A stretch of DNA of 64,000 bases from Lentisphaerota bacterium (GTDB lineage: Bacteria > Verrucomicrobiota > Kiritimatiellia > UBA8416 > VGWI01), in contig VGWI01000005.1 of NCBI GenBank assembly GCA_016873655.1, positions 1,455 through 65,454 of the forward strand. The letters are read 5' to 3'. Below, piece after piece: positions 27,333-37,565 of the stretch. The first letter of the stretch is position 1. Each line of letters begins with the position of its first letter. The notes beneath the pieces are model-generated. The model did no database searches, was not told the DNA's origin, and was given only the letters and a program-made list of their open reading frames with translations. The position numbers and the translations under genes are program-made.

Positions 27333-29486
27333 TCACCTCGCTTCCGCAAGCACGCGGAAGGGACTGCCTGAGCGATAGAGCGCCAGCCGCGCCTCGACCT
27401 GTCCGAGGCGGTCGCCATCGGCGCCCGCCCGCCTCAACAGCGCAACAGCAGCCGTCGCGGTCTCAACCGCCGCGTCATACCTGCCGGCCTCGGCAAGGGC
27501 GGCGGCCAGAACATCGAGCACCTCGGCGCTTTGCCCGCCGGTCGCCCGGTTTGCTTCCTCGGCAAGCTGAACGGCATCTTCCCCATCCCTTAGTGCGTCG
27601 TCGGACGATACCGCCAGCAGCCACGCGAGATGCTGCCGCGCCGGCGTCAATCCCGGCTCTCCGCGCAGCGCCGACCGGAGATGCGCCACGGCGTCGGAGT
27701 GCCGCCCCTCCTGCTCGGCCATCAGCCCAAGAAAGAAATGCGGCTTGGCGTAGCCGGGGCTCACCGCCAGCGCCTGCCGCCACATCTCCGCGGCCTCCTC
27801 GCGCCTGCCGGTGCGGTCGTAGGCAAGCGCCAGGTTGTTGTACGTCTTGGGATGCGAAGGATATATCCGTATCGCCTCGAGGTAATGCGGAACGGCATCC
27901 GCGTCCCGCCCCTGCCCGTAGAGGGCAAGCCCCATGTTGTTTCGCGCTGAGGCATGCAGCCTGGTGACCGAAAGAGCGCGCCGCCGCCCTTCACCGTCGG
28001 GGATCCCTGCGATGTCGGCCTCCGTCGTTGCCGGCACTGACTCAAGCCTGCGAAGCAACTCTGCGCAGCATGCCTCCGCTTCGGCATGCCGGCCTTCGCC
28101 GAGAAGCCCCACCGAGAGCCCGACATAGGCGCGCAGGTTCTCCGGCCGCTTGCGCAACACGTCCTGCCAGACCGTTACGGCGGACCGGTAAACCGTGTTT
28201 CTTTGATGTGACAGCAGAACAAGAACAGCCGCGACCGGCGCCAGCAGGCACACAAGCGCCACCCCCCTCGACGCCAGGCGGCGGCCGGGCCCGCCGCCGC
28301 GCGCCAGCTTCCGCATCAGCCAGTCGGCGCCAAACACAAAAGCCGCTGAAGCCGACGCGAGCGGAAGATAGGCCCTGTGCTCGAAGAAGACGTCCTCAAG
28401 CGGCATCACACTTGATGTCGGGGCGAGTATCCCGAAGAACCACAACCCCAGGAACCCGACGGCAGGATGCCGAAAGAACGCCCACAACGTGGCCGCGCCG
28501 GCAAAGAGCAGCGGCAGGGCGCCGGCAACTGCGCCCCATGACACCGGGGGCGGTTCGAATGCCGGATCGAGGCACTGCCCGGCCGGGATCAACGCAAGCC
28601 GCAGGTAACGCATCACCGCTCCCGGCTGCGCGAGTATATAGCGGACCCTGTCCACCTCCAGCCCCATCTCCCGCGCCGCATGCGGCGCCGCCGCCTCAAG
28701 CGCCATCAGAGAGGCGAGCACGACCCATGTCGCACACAGCCCGGCGTAGAACATCGGCCGTTCCTGCAACGCCTTGCGGAAGGAACCGGAGATGAAGACC
28801 CGGTCAAAGAGCAAGAGCATCACCGGCGCCGTCACCATCACCTGTTTGGTCCCCATCCCAAGCGCACATGCCACAACCCCCAACCCCTGCCACATCGCAC
28901 GGCTCCGACAGGAAAGGCTCCTCAACAGTGAGTAGAGCGCCGCAAGGTAGAACATGCCCATCAGCGACTCGGAACGCTGACACAGGTACGTGACGCTTCC
29001 AGTCTGCAACGGGTGCACGGCCCAGAGCAGGGCAACACAGAATGCCAGAGGCAAAGAGGCCGGCCCGTATGCCCCGGCCAGCTTCGGGAGAAGACAGACG
29101 CGCCGCACGGCGCCGAACAGGAACAGCGCCGCCGCCAGGTGTATCAGTATGTTCGTGAGGTGGTAGTCGGCCGGGTTGAGCCTGCCCGTCGCGTAGTTGG
29201 CCGCGAAGGTCAGGTCCGTCACGAACCTGCACGGCTGGAAGATGTGATCCCACGGCGGCAGGAACTCGCGCGCGCGCCGGTTTGCAAGAATCACGTTCGC
29301 GTCGTCAAACAGGAACGGCGAGGTGAACGTGTTCGAGTAGGCGGCAAAGACCGCCATGGCGATGACCAGCGGAGCGATCACGTTCCAGCGCAGGCGCACG
29401 CGGCCACGCGCGCCTTCCGCCTTCATGGGGCTGACTCCCTGCCCGGTCACACTCTCCCCTTCCTGTTCGTCGCCTGAGCCCGTCAC
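27333..29486 (-). CDS. polytopic membrane protein with a C-terminal TPR array (PMT/GT39-like fold family)
   Basis: 717 aa. About 11 predicted TM helices in the N-terminal 440 aa, then repeated TPR-like units (A..Y.....P....A..NLA.A). The GTG start overlaps the thiD stop. Confidence 0.7.
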   Translation of the reverse strand: MTGSGDEQEGESVTGQGVSPMKAEGARGRVRLRWNVIAPLVIAMAVFAAYSNTFTSPFLFDDANVILANRRAREFLPPWDHIFQPCRFVTDLTFAANYATGRLNPADYHLTNILIHLAAALFLFGAVRRVCLLPKLAGAYGPASLPLAFCVALLWAVHPLQTGSVTYLCQRSESLMGMFYLAALYSLLRSLSCRSRAMWQGLGVVACALGMGTKQVMVTAPVMLLLFDRVFISGSFRKALQERPMFYAGLCATWVVLASLMALEAAAPHAAREMGLEVDRVRYILAQPGAVMRYLRLALIPAGQCLDPAFEPPPVSWGAVAGALPLLFAGAATLWAFFRHPAVGFLGLWFFGILAPTSSVMPLEDVFFEHRAYLPLASASAAFVFGADWLMRKLARGGGPGRRLASRGVALVCLLAPVAAVLVLLSHQRNTVYRSAVTVWQDVLRKRPENLRAYVGLSVGLLGEGRHAEAEACCAELLRRLESVPATTEADIAGIPDGEGRRRALSVTRLHASARNNMGLALYGQGRDADAVPHYLEAIRIYPSHPKTYNNLALAYDRTGRREEAAEMWRQALAVSPGYAKPHFFLGLMAEQEGRHSDAVAHLRSALRGEPGLTPARQHLAWLLAVSSDDALRDGEDAVQLAEEANRATGGQSAEVLDVLAAALAEAGRYDAAVETATAAVALLRRAGADGDRLGQVEARLALYRSGSPFRVLAEAR

Positions 29487-30271
29487 GGCATCTTCGCCCC
29501 GCGCCAGCGAAGCGGACTGTGGCGGCCGACGGGAACCGATCCGCGAAGGGCGCCGGCAACGAACTTCTGCGCCGACTCAACAGCCGCCGGCAGTCCGCGG
29601 CCCAGCGCGAGATACGCAGCGAGTGCGGCGGAGAAGGTGCAGCCCGTGCCGTGAGTCTGCGCGGTCCTGATACGCGGCGTCCTGAATTCGTGGATCCGCC
29701 CGCCATCGGCAAGCACGTCCACCACATCGTCGCCATGCTCCAGGTGGCCGCCCTTTACGACAAACGCCGCGCCGTACCGGCCGGAAAGATCCATTGCGGC
29801 CGCCCTTATCGAGTCAAGCGAGTCCATGCGCCGGCCGGCCAGCACCTCGGCTTCGGGAAGGTTCGGCGTCACAACCGTCGCCGCCGGCAGAAGTCTCCGG
29901 CACATCGCCTCGACGGCGTCTTCGGCAAGCAGCCGCGCGCCGGATGTGGCGACCATCACCGGGTCCACGACCAGCGCGGGAATCCGAGCGGCCGCCAGCG
30001 CCTCGACCGCGGCATCGATCAACTCCGTGGAATAGAGCATTCCCGTCTTGGCGGCGCGCACGTCAAATGCTTCCACGACCGCCTTGACCTGCGCCGCCAC
30101 AATCCCGGGACTCGCGGCCTCAACGCCTTGTACGCCGTCCGGATTCTGGGCGGTGAGACAGGTGATTGCGCAAGTGCCGAAAACTCCGATCGCCTCGAAG
30201 GTCTTGAGATCCGCCTGTATTCCGGCCCCGCCGCCGCTGTCGGACCCGGCGACGGTCAGAACGGCGGGCAT
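29483..30271 (-). CDS. thiD: hydroxymethylpyrimidine/phosphomethylpyrimidine kinase
   Basis: [25 protein letters not shown] matches the ThiD N-terminus, and [10 protein letters not shown] lies near the C-terminus. I chose the ATG at 30271; a GTG at 30337 is possible. Confidence 0.85.
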   Translation of the reverse strand: MPAVLTVAGSDSGGGAGIQADLKTFEAIGVFGTCAITCLTAQNPDGVQGVEAASPGIVAAQVKAVVEAFDVRAAKTGMLYSTELIDAAVEALAAARIPALVVDPVMVATSGARLLAEDAVEAMCRRLLPAATVVTPNLPEAEVLAGRRMDSLDSIRAAAMDLSGRYGAAFVVKGGHLEHGDDVVDVLADGGRIHEFRTPRIRTAQTHGTGCTFSAALAAYLALGRGLPAAVESAQKFVAGALRGSVPVGRHSPLRWRGAKMP

Positions 30272-30343
30272 CGCGTCCGCCGTTCCCGGTCTGTCTCCAG
30301 CGCGGCTCATTTCGTCACGGTCCAGCCGGCAGCCCACGGCCCG

Positions 30344-31576
30344 TCACGCGCGTATCTGCCCGGCCCTGGCAAGGGCCTTGGCTTCGACGCTCTGGATCTC
30401 GGCGTAGCCCTGCGAGCTCACCGGATTCAGCCCGGCGCTCGCCTCCATCGAAGAGTCGGCCTCGTTGTAGATTGAACCAGGGCAATCGCTCAGGCTTGAG
30501 AAGAGGATGTTGCCCTTGTACAGGTTCACCCTCACAAGCCCGTTGGCATGCTGTGCGAATGAATCCATCGCCGCCAGCGAAGCCGTCGTCAGCGGGTCGA
30601 AATAGCGCCCGTCATAAACCTGCCCGGCCACCAGCGAGGAAAGCTGCTGAAACAGCGCCGTGCAGCGACGATCCAGCACCGCCTGGTATACCTGCCTGAG
30701 GCAAAAGCCGAGCAGTTCCATTCCCGGCGCTTCATACACGCCCCGGCTCTTGGTGCCGACAATCCTGTTCTCAAGCGCGTTCTTGAGACCGATCCCGTTC
30801 CGCCCGCCGATGTGGTTGGCTATCTGCATCGCATCGAGCGCGGACACCGGCTTGTTCTGTATCTCCACGGCGTTGCCGCGGCGGAAACGGACAACAAACG
30901 GCTCCGGCCTGTCCGGCGCCTTCATCGGCCACACGCCCATCTGCGGCTCCACGATCGTGCTGGGAGTTTCCAGGCTCTCCAGATCCTCCGCCTCGTAGGA
31001 TAGCCCCGCGAGGTTCGCATCCGTCGAGTAACGTTTGCGGCCGCCCGGGAACGCTTCGATCCCGGCATTGCTCAGGTAGTCGGCCATCTGCTTCCGGCCC
31101 GGGAATTCCTTCAGCATGTCCGGATCGCGCCAGGGCGCGTAAATCTTCATTTCTGGCGCCAACACGTTGGTGTACCGCTCAAACCGCATCTGGTCATTGC
31201 CGCGCCCGGTGGCGCCGTGAACGAGGACTGCGCACCCGCGCTTCTTCATCTCCGGGATCAGCCCGCGCACCGTCACCGCGCGTGCTATGCCGGTCGAGTT
31301 CCAGTAGCCGCCGTCGTACATCGCCTGCGCGCGGATCATCTGGAAACAGGCCTCGGCCATTTCCTGCTTCAGGTCAACTATCGTCGTGTGCACGCCGCAC
31401 GGGGCCATGCGCTTCGATATCTCGCCGATATCGGACTCATCAGCCTGCCCCAGGTCGGCCGCAAAGCACTGCACGTTCGCGCCGGCGTCAACAAGCCTCT
31501 TCGCGATCGTGCGGCTGTCAAGGCCGCCGGAAACGCAAACACCCAGCTTCTCGCCCCTTACGTCAGCCAGCTTCAT
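30344..31576 (-). CDS. argG: argininosuccinate synthase
   Basis: [10 protein letters not shown]-loop and a type-1 ArgG-like sequence. The ATG at 31576 is preceded by GGAGGGAG. The track start overlaps argD. Confidence 0.9.
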   Translation of the reverse strand: MKLADVRGEKLGVCVSGGLDSRTIAKRLVDAGANVQCFAADLGQADESDIGEISKRMAPCGVHTTIVDLKQEMAEACFQMIRAQAMYDGGYWNSTGIARAVTVRGLIPEMKKRGCAVLVHGATGRGNDQMRFERYTNVLAPEMKIYAPWRDPDMLKEFPGRKQMADYLSNAGIEAFPGGRKRYSTDANLAGLSYEAEDLESLETPSTIVEPQMGVWPMKAPDRPEPFVVRFRRGNAVEIQNKPVSALDAMQIANHIGGRNGIGLKNALENRIVGTKSRGVYEAPGMELLGFCLRQVYQAVLDRRCTALFQQLSSLVAGQVYDGRYFDPLTTASLAAMDSFAQHANGLVRVNLYKGNILFSSLSDCPGSIYNEADSSMEASAGLNPVSSQGYAEIQSVEAKALARAGQIRA

Positions 31577-31604
31577 CGAAGCTCCCTCCAGGAAAAACGG
31601 CCCA

Positions 31605-32807
31605 TCACTCGGCGGTCTGCTCGCCATGCCACTCGGCAAGGCAGTCGCCCACGATGTCCACGGCCTCCTCCAATTCGTTGTCCCGCACGTTCAACGGAGG
31701 CAGGAACCGCACAACCTTCTCCGCCGTGGCAAGCGTCAGCAGCCCGGCGTCGGACAGCATCTGCACCAGCGGCCCGGCCGGTTCGTCGAGGACAATGCCG
31801 ACCATCAAACCGCGGCCTCGGACTTCCTTGACGTGAGCGAACTTGCCGACGAATCCGCCAAGGGCGTTCCTGAACTCCGCACCCTTCTCCGCCGCGCGCG
31901 ACAGAAGCCCCTCCTCCTCAATCACCCGGATCGCCGCCAACGCCGCGGCGCAGGCCAGGGGCGTGCCGCCAAATGTGCTGGCATGCTTGCCCGGCTGGAA
32001 CACGTCCGAAACCCCGGGCGCCGCCACAACCGCGCCGATCGGGTAGCCGTTCCCCAGCGCCTTGGCCAGCGAAAATGCGTCAGGCTGGACTCCGTAGCCC
32101 TGGAACCCGAACCAGTTTCCCGTCCGGCCCATGCCGCACTGCACCTCGTCGCAAAGCATCAGCAGCCCCTTGTCATTGCAGAGCTGGCGCACGCCGTTGA
32201 AGAACGCCTCGTCGGCGGGAACAACGCCCCCTTCGCCCTGCACAGCCTCGAGCAGAACCGCCACGGTCTTCTCGCCGACCAGCGCCGCGACAGAGTCGAG
32301 GTTGTTGAACTCGGCATGGACAAACCCTTCCGGCATCGGCTCGAAGCCTTTCTTGACCTTGTCCTGCCCGGTCGCCGCCGCCGTCGCAAGAGTGCGCCCG
32401 TGGAAGGAGTTCTTCATGCAAATGACCTCGTAACGGCCCTTGTCATGCCCCCAGAGCCGCGCGAGCTTTATGAGCCCCTCGTTCCCCTCGGCGCCGGAGT
32501 TGCAGAAGAAACACTTGCCGCCCATCGAAAGCGATGAAAGCTTCTCGGCCAGCAATGACTGGTTCTCGTTGTAGTACATGTTCGAAACGTGGGTCAGAAC
32601 CTGCGCCTGCTCGGCCACCGCCTGCGCGACCGCCGGATGGCTGTGGCCGACGTTGACGACCGAAATGCCGGCCGCAAAGTCGAGATAGACCTTTCCCTCG
32701 GAATCCCACACGCGGGTGCCCTTGCCGCGCACCAGCGCGAGCTTCTGCGCGTATGTGGGCATCACGTACTTCTGGTACCGTTCGACTATTTCCTGGGTCT
32801 TGCTCAT
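31605..32807 (-). CDS. argD: acetylornithine aminotransferase
   Basis: Class-III aminotransferase motifs (FCNSGAEGNE, LCDEVQCGMGRTG, the KALGNGYPIG PLP-Lys region). Located between argB and argG. Confidence 0.9.
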   Translation of the reverse strand: MSKTQEIVERYQKYVMPTYAQKLALVRGKGTRVWDSEGKVYLDFAAGISVVNVGHSHPAVAQAVAEQAQVLTHVSNMYYNENQSLLAEKLSSLSMGGKCFFCNSGAEGNEGLIKLARLWGHDKGRYEVICMKNSFHGRTLATAAATGQDKVKKGFEPMPEGFVHAEFNNLDSVAALVGEKTVAVLLEAVQGEGGVVPADEAFFNGVRQLCNDKGLLMLCDEVQCGMGRTGNWFGFQGYGVQPDAFSLAKALGNGYPIGAVVAAPGVSDVFQPGKHASTFGGTPLACAAALAAIRVIEEEGLLSRAAEKGAEFRNALGGFVGKFAHVKEVRGRGLMVGIVLDEPAGPLVQMLSDAGLLTLATAEKVVRFLPPLNVRDNELEEAVDIVGDCLAEWHGEQTAE

Positions 32808-32808
32808 T

Positions 32809-33711
32809 TCACATTATCTCCGTCCCTACTCCCTCATCCGTGAACACTTCCAGCAGGATCGAGTGCGGCATCCGGCCGTCCACCATGTGCACCTTCCGCA
32901 CGCCGGCGTGAACCGCGTCAATGCAGCCCTGTATCTTCGGCAGCATCCCGCCCGATATCACGCCTTCCTGCACAAGCCTCTCAACATCCCCCACCTTCAA
33001 CGTGGAAAGAAGGGATGTCTCGTCTTCCGGGTCCCTCAACACCCCCGGCACGTCGCTGAGAAATACCAGTTTCCTCGCATGAAGCGCCTTTGCCACCGCC
33101 GCGGCGGCGGAATCGGCGTTGACGTTATGCACCTTCCCGTCCGGGCCGCGCCCCAGCGGCGTCATCACCGGAACCGCTCCCGAATCAAGCGCAGAAAGAA
33201 TCGGACCCGTGTCCACATCGCCGGGCTCGCCGACAAATCCCCAGTCCAGCAGCTCGCCGGTCTTCTCGTCCAGGTGTGTCTTGCGGACAACCCGCAACAC
33301 GTCCTCGCCGTTCATGCCCACGGCATTCGCTCCCATCCCGCCCAACACGGAAACGAGGTACGGGTTCAGCTCTTCCTTCATCACCTGCTCCACGATCCTG
33401 ATCGTGCGCTCGCAGGTAACCCTGTGTCCGCGCACGAAGGAGGGCTTGATGCCGTGCCTGTCCATCCCGCGCGATATCGCCTTGCCGCCTCCATGCACCA
33501 CCACAGCCCGCATGCCGACACACTCCATGAAAGCCACGTCACGCAGAACGCTCTCGACGTGCGACTTGTCCTCCATCGCGCTGCCGCCGAGCTTCACGAC
33601 GACTATCTCGTTCCGGAAACGCTGGATGTACGGCAATGCCTCGATCAGGACCGCGGCCTTGCGGATGAGTTCGCCGGTGCGCTTGCCGCCGGACGTGCCG
33701 GTTGCGCTCAC
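32809..33711 (-). CDS. argB: acetylglutamate kinase
   Basis: VVVKLGGSAM, VVVHGGG and NVNADSAAAAVA motifs. The GTG start overlaps the argJ stop. Confidence 0.9.
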   Translation of the reverse strand: MSATGTSGGKRTGELIRKAAVLIEALPYIQRFRNEIVVVKLGGSAMEDKSHVESVLRDVAFMECVGMRAVVVHGGGKAISRGMDRHGIKPSFVRGHRVTCERTIRIVEQVMKEELNPYLVSVLGGMGANAVGMNGEDVLRVVRKTHLDEKTGELLDWGFVGEPGDVDTGPILSALDSGAVPVMTPLGRGPDGKVHNVNADSAAAAVAKALHARKLVFLSDVPGVLRDPEDETSLLSTLKVGDVERLVQEGVISGGMLPKIQGCIDAVHAGVRKVHMVDGRMPHSILLEVFTDEGVGTEIM

Positions 33712-34931
33712 GTGGTGTACTCCGAGTTGATGCTGACGTATTCGTGGCTGCAGTCGCAGGTGAACAGCCGCGTTTCGGCGGCGCCGGCGTTCAGGTTCAC
33801 GTCCACGGTGAACCGCTTCCGCTTCAGGACCTCGGCAAGAGCGCCCTTGGTCATCCCCGGCGCTGCCATGCCGCCGCGCACCGCCGCAAGCTCATCGTAG
33901 GAGATGTCCACCCGGTCAGGATCGAAGATCGCGCCGGAATAACCGGCGGCGTCTATCACCCTGCCCCAGTTCGGATCCTGCCCGAACCACGAGGTCTTCA
34001 CCAGGAGCGAGTTTGCTATCGCGCGAGCCGCCTTCTCGGCGTCCGAGTCGCTCGCGGCCCCGCGGATCTGGACGGTGACGAACTTCGTTGCGCCTTCCCC
34101 GTCGATCACTATCTTGTGCGCCAGCCGCATGGCCACGTTCTCGAGCGCCGCCTCGAACACCGGCCAGTCAGGATGCTTCTCGCCGAGCACCGCGCCCGCC
34201 GCCGCGCCGTTCGCAAGCAGAAGCACCGTGTCGTTGCAGCTCTGGTCCCCGTCCACGCTTATGCGGTTGAAAGTCCTGTTCACCACCCGCGCAAGGGCGT
34301 TCTGAAGGGATGCCCCGTCAACCGCGGCATCGGTGGTGATGAACGAAAGCATCGTCGCCATCTTCGGCTCGATCATGCCAGCGCCTTTTGCCATGCCGCC
34401 AAGCCGTGACTTCACCCCGCCGGCCGTGAACTCGACCGCCGCCCTCTTGGGCCCGGTGTCGGTGGTCATGATCGCCTCGGAAGCATCATCGCCGCCCTGT
34501 GCGGAGACCAGGCCGGCAGCCTTCGCAATGCCCTTCTCAATCACGTCCATCGGGAGGAATATCCCGATCGTGCCCGTGGAGCATACGAAAACCGTGGACT
34601 CGGCCGTCTTCAGGGCCGACGCGGTAACGGCGGCCATGCGCCCGGCGTCCGCAATCCCGCGCGCGCCGGTGCATGCGTTGGCGCATCCGCTGTTGATGAC
34701 GATCGCCGACGCCTTCCCGCCGCGCAAACGCTCGCGGCAGAGCTTCACGGTGGCGCCTTGCACGCGGTTTGTCGTGAAAACGCCCGCGACTGCCGCGGGC
34801 GGATTCGAAACGACGATCGCAAGGTCCTTCGAGCTCTTCTTGATGCCGGCGTGGATTCCCGCCGCCGAATACCCTTTCGCCGCAGTCACACCGCCTTCCA
34901 AATCAACCATACCGCTGGTATTGCTGCTCAT
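33708..34931 (-). CDS. argJ: bifunctional glutamate N-acetyltransferase / amino-acid acetyltransferase
   Basis: GVTAAKGYSAAGIHAGIKK N-terminus and the autoprocessing-site region ATMLSFITTDA. The ATG at 34931 follows GGAGA. Confidence 0.9.
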   Translation of the reverse strand: MSSNTSGMVDLEGGVTAAKGYSAAGIHAGIKKSSKDLAIVVSNPPAAVAGVFTTNRVQGATVKLCRERLRGGKASAIVINSGCANACTGARGIADAGRMAAVTASALKTAESTVFVCSTGTIGIFLPMDVIEKGIAKAAGLVSAQGGDDASEAIMTTDTGPKRAAVEFTAGGVKSRLGGMAKGAGMIEPKMATMLSFITTDAAVDGASLQNALARVVNRTFNRISVDGDQSCNDTVLLLANGAAAGAVLGEKHPDWPVFEAALENVAMRLAHKIVIDGEGATKFVTVQIRGAASDSDAEKAARAIANSLLVKTSWFGQDPNWGRVIDAAGYSGAIFDPDRVDISYDELAAVRGGMAAPGMTKGALAEVLKRKRFTVDVNLNAGAAETRLFTCDCSHEYVSINSEYTT

Positions 34932-35030
34932 CAGTAGTCTCCGGGAGCACAAAAAACGCGCGTCACTATCCGCAATCGGCCATGGAAAGTCGAACAGAAA
35001 CTGGACGCCCGCAATGGAGCCGCGACTCGT

Positions 35031-36542
35031 TCAACGCCGCGGATGCCGAGGCCGCCCTGCGCCGGGACGATAGCCGCTTCTACCGCGCTCCGGACGCTGC
35101 TCGCGCCGCCGGCGGAAGGCGGCTTCAGGCGCCGGTTGGAGCAGATCCTCCGGCGGCACCGAACACGGAAGACTCCGGCCAATGTACTTCTCTATCTCGG
35201 GAATGACGAACGACTCGTCCTCGCATGCCAGCGACACGGCGACGCCTCTCTGTCCCGCACGGCCGGTCCTGCCGATACGGTGTACGTAGTCCTCGGGTTC
35301 GTAGGGGAAGTCGTAATTCACCACGTGCGATATGCTGTCCACGTGTATGCCGCGGCCGGCGACATCCGTCGCGACTAGAACGCCCAGCCGCCCATCCCGA
35401 AACGCATCGAGTATCTTCAGGCGTTTCTTCTGTTCCACGTCGCCGGAAAGCATGTCGGTCGAGAGCCCGCAGGCGCCAAGCATCTCCACGAGATCGCGCG
35501 TGCGGTCGCGCCGGTTGACGAACACGAGAACCTTCGTTGCCTCCGGCTTCCTGAGAATGTTGTAGAGAACGGCGAACTTCTCCTTCGAGGCAACCGCGTA
35601 TACGACCTGGTCCACCGTCTGGACAGCGACGTTTTCCGGCTCGACCTCCACCACAACCGCGTTCTTCATCCACTGACCCGCAAGCATGCGGACCTCGGAA
35701 GTCAGCGTCGCGCTGAACAGCAGCGTCCGCCGGTTGTCCCTGCCGGGCAATTTGCCGACGATGCGCCTGACGTCGGGAATGAAACCCATGTCGAGCATCC
35801 GGTCAGCCTCGTCAACAACGAAGACCTCGACCGCCGAGAGGTCAATTACGCCCCTGCGCACAAAGTCCAGAAGACGCCCCGGAGTGGCAGCCACAAGGTC
35901 AGGCGCTTCGGCCGTCAGTTCCCTCTCCTGCTTGTCCATGTCCATGCCGCCGTAAACGGCAAGCGACCTGAAACCCGCATATCGCCCGAGCATGTCGGCT
36001 TCCTCGACGATCTGCACGGTCAGCTCGCGCGTCGGCGCGATCACCAGGGCCCGTGGCCTGGCAGGCCTGCCGCCATGCGCGCTGCGGGGATTCTCCAGAA
36101 AGCGGCGGAAGAGAAGTATCAGGAACGCGGCGGTCTTGCCCGTTCCCGTCTGCGCGCGGCCGGTCAGGTCGGAATCGTCTGGCCTGGCCAGCACCTTCGC
36201 CTGGATCGGCGTGCAATAGCTGAATCCGCACTCGTGGATCCCGCGCATCAGCGGGTCCGGCAGCCCCAGGTCGTGGAACCGGACACTGCCGGCTTTCTCG
36301 GGCACGGGATGATCCGCCTGGGTCCACGCAGCGGACTCCTGCGCCGACGGCGCCTGGTCAGGCTGTGCGGGACGAATGAGCTGCTCGGACTGCGCCACCG
36401 GGCGTTTCCGCCTGCGGCGCTGCCTCCGGCGCGGTTCACCGGAGGAAACCGACATGGACTTGGCGACCGGGCCCGGCTTCCCGGCCCGGGCCGGGCTTCC
36501 GAAAATATGGCGGCTCAGCCGCTTAAGAAATGCAATCGGCAT
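35031..36542 (-). CDS. DEAD-box ATP-dependent RNA helicase
   Basis: Q-motif/GFSYCTPIQ, AQTGTGKT, VVDEAD, SAT, and HRIGRTGRAG. Basic N- and C-terminal tails. Confidence 0.9.
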   Translation of the reverse strand: MPIAFLKRLSRHIFGSPARAGKPGPVAKSMSVSSGEPRRRQRRRRKRPVAQSEQLIRPAQPDQAPSAQESAAWTQADHPVPEKAGSVRFHDLGLPDPLMRGIHECGFSYCTPIQAKVLARPDDSDLTGRAQTGTGKTAAFLILLFRRFLENPRSAHGGRPARPRALVIAPTRELTVQIVEEADMLGRYAGFRSLAVYGGMDMDKQERELTAEAPDLVAATPGRLLDFVRRGVIDLSAVEVFVVDEADRMLDMGFIPDVRRIVGKLPGRDNRRTLLFSATLTSEVRMLAGQWMKNAVVVEVEPENVAVQTVDQVVYAVASKEKFAVLYNILRKPEATKVLVFVNRRDRTRDLVEMLGACGLSTDMLSGDVEQKKRLKILDAFRDGRLGVLVATDVAGRGIHVDSISHVVNYDFPYEPEDYVHRIGRTGRAGQRGVAVSLACEDESFVIPEIEKYIGRSLPCSVPPEDLLQPAPEAAFRRRREQRPERGRSGYRPGAGRPRHPRR

Positions 36543-36601
36543 CTGGACGGTTCTCGCGCCCTGAACACGCAGGGCGCGCTGTCTTGCTCAATCCCGGCGA
36601 A

Positions 36602-37000
36602 TTAACGCTTCGAGAACTGGAAGCGCTTGCGGGCGCCGGGCTGGCCGGCCTTCTTGCGTTCCTTCATGCGGGCGTCCCGCGTGAGGCAACCGCTGCTCCT
36701 GAGCACATCGCGAAGAGAGGCATCCGCGGCCAGCAACGCCCTGGCCAGCGCGTGGCGCACCGCGCCCGCCTGGCCGGTCGGCCCGCCGCCGGAAACCTTG
36801 GCGAAAAGGTCGTAACGGCCCACGGCGTTCGTCAGCTTCAGAGGCTGCTCAATGAAGCTGCGAAGGGCCTCGCTGGGGAAATAGTTCTCGAACGGGCGCC
36901 GATTCACCTGCTGCTTGCCCGTGCCGGGCGACAGCCATACGCGGGCGACGGCATCCTTCCTGCGCCCGGTGGCAACAAACGCGTTCTTGGTATCAACCAC
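36602..37000 (-). CDS. rpsI: 30S ribosomal protein S9
   Basis: 132 aa ending ...RKKAGQPGARKRFQFSKR, the S9 signature. Confidence 0.95.
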   Translation of the reverse strand: MVDTKNAFVATGRRKDAVARVWLSPGTGKQQVNRRPFENYFPSEALRSFIEQPLKLTNAVGRYDLFAKVSGGGPTGQAGAVRHALARALLAADASLRDVLRSSGCLTRDARMKERKKAGQPGARKRFQFSKR

Positions 37001-37033
37001 GTTTCACTCTCCCGCCCCGAACACGGGGCACTG

Positions 37034-37468
37034 TCACTTCGCCGAACCCGCGGCAACCGGCGCTTGCGCCGCGTGCGGGTGTTCCGGCCCGGCGTACACC
37101 TTCAGCCGTGTCTCGAGCTTCCGCCTCGTGGCGTTGCCCGGCAACATGCCGTGTACCGCCTCGCGGATCATCCTGTCGGGATGACGCTCCCTCATGACCG
37201 CAGCCGTTGTCTTCTTCAGACCTGCGCGGTAGCCGGAGTAACGCTGGTATATCTTCTGCGTTTCCTTGCGGCCGGTAAGTTTCACGCGCTCGGCGTTGAT
37301 CACAACGACGAAGTCGCCGGTATCAACGTTCGGAGTGTAATCAGGGTTGTTGCGCCCGCGCAAAGCGTTGGCAACCTTTACCGCCAGCCGGCCAAGCGGC
37401 TGACCCGCGGCATCAAACACAACCCACTTCCTGTTGTCGCCGGGATCACCGGCCCTGGTAGTCTTCAT
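37034..37468 (-). CDS. rplM: 50S ribosomal protein L13
   Basis: 144 aa. KWVVFDAAGQPLGRLA...LRGRNNPDYTPNVDTGDFVVVINAE is the L13 signature. Upstream of rpsI, as usual. Confidence 0.95.
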   Translation of the reverse strand: MKTTRAGDPGDNRKWVVFDAAGQPLGRLAVKVANALRGRNNPDYTPNVDTGDFVVVINAERVKLTGRKETQKIYQRYSGYRAGLKKTTAAVMRERHPDRMIREAVHGMLPGNATRRKLETRLKVYAGPEHPHAAQAPVAAGSAK

Positions 37469-37565
37469 ACTTATATCTTTCCACCTGATGGGGCAAAAAA
37501 GAGAGGCGCACAGTACCGAAGCCCGCGAAGGATGTCAACTGCTTCCAACAGGAAAACTTCGGCGG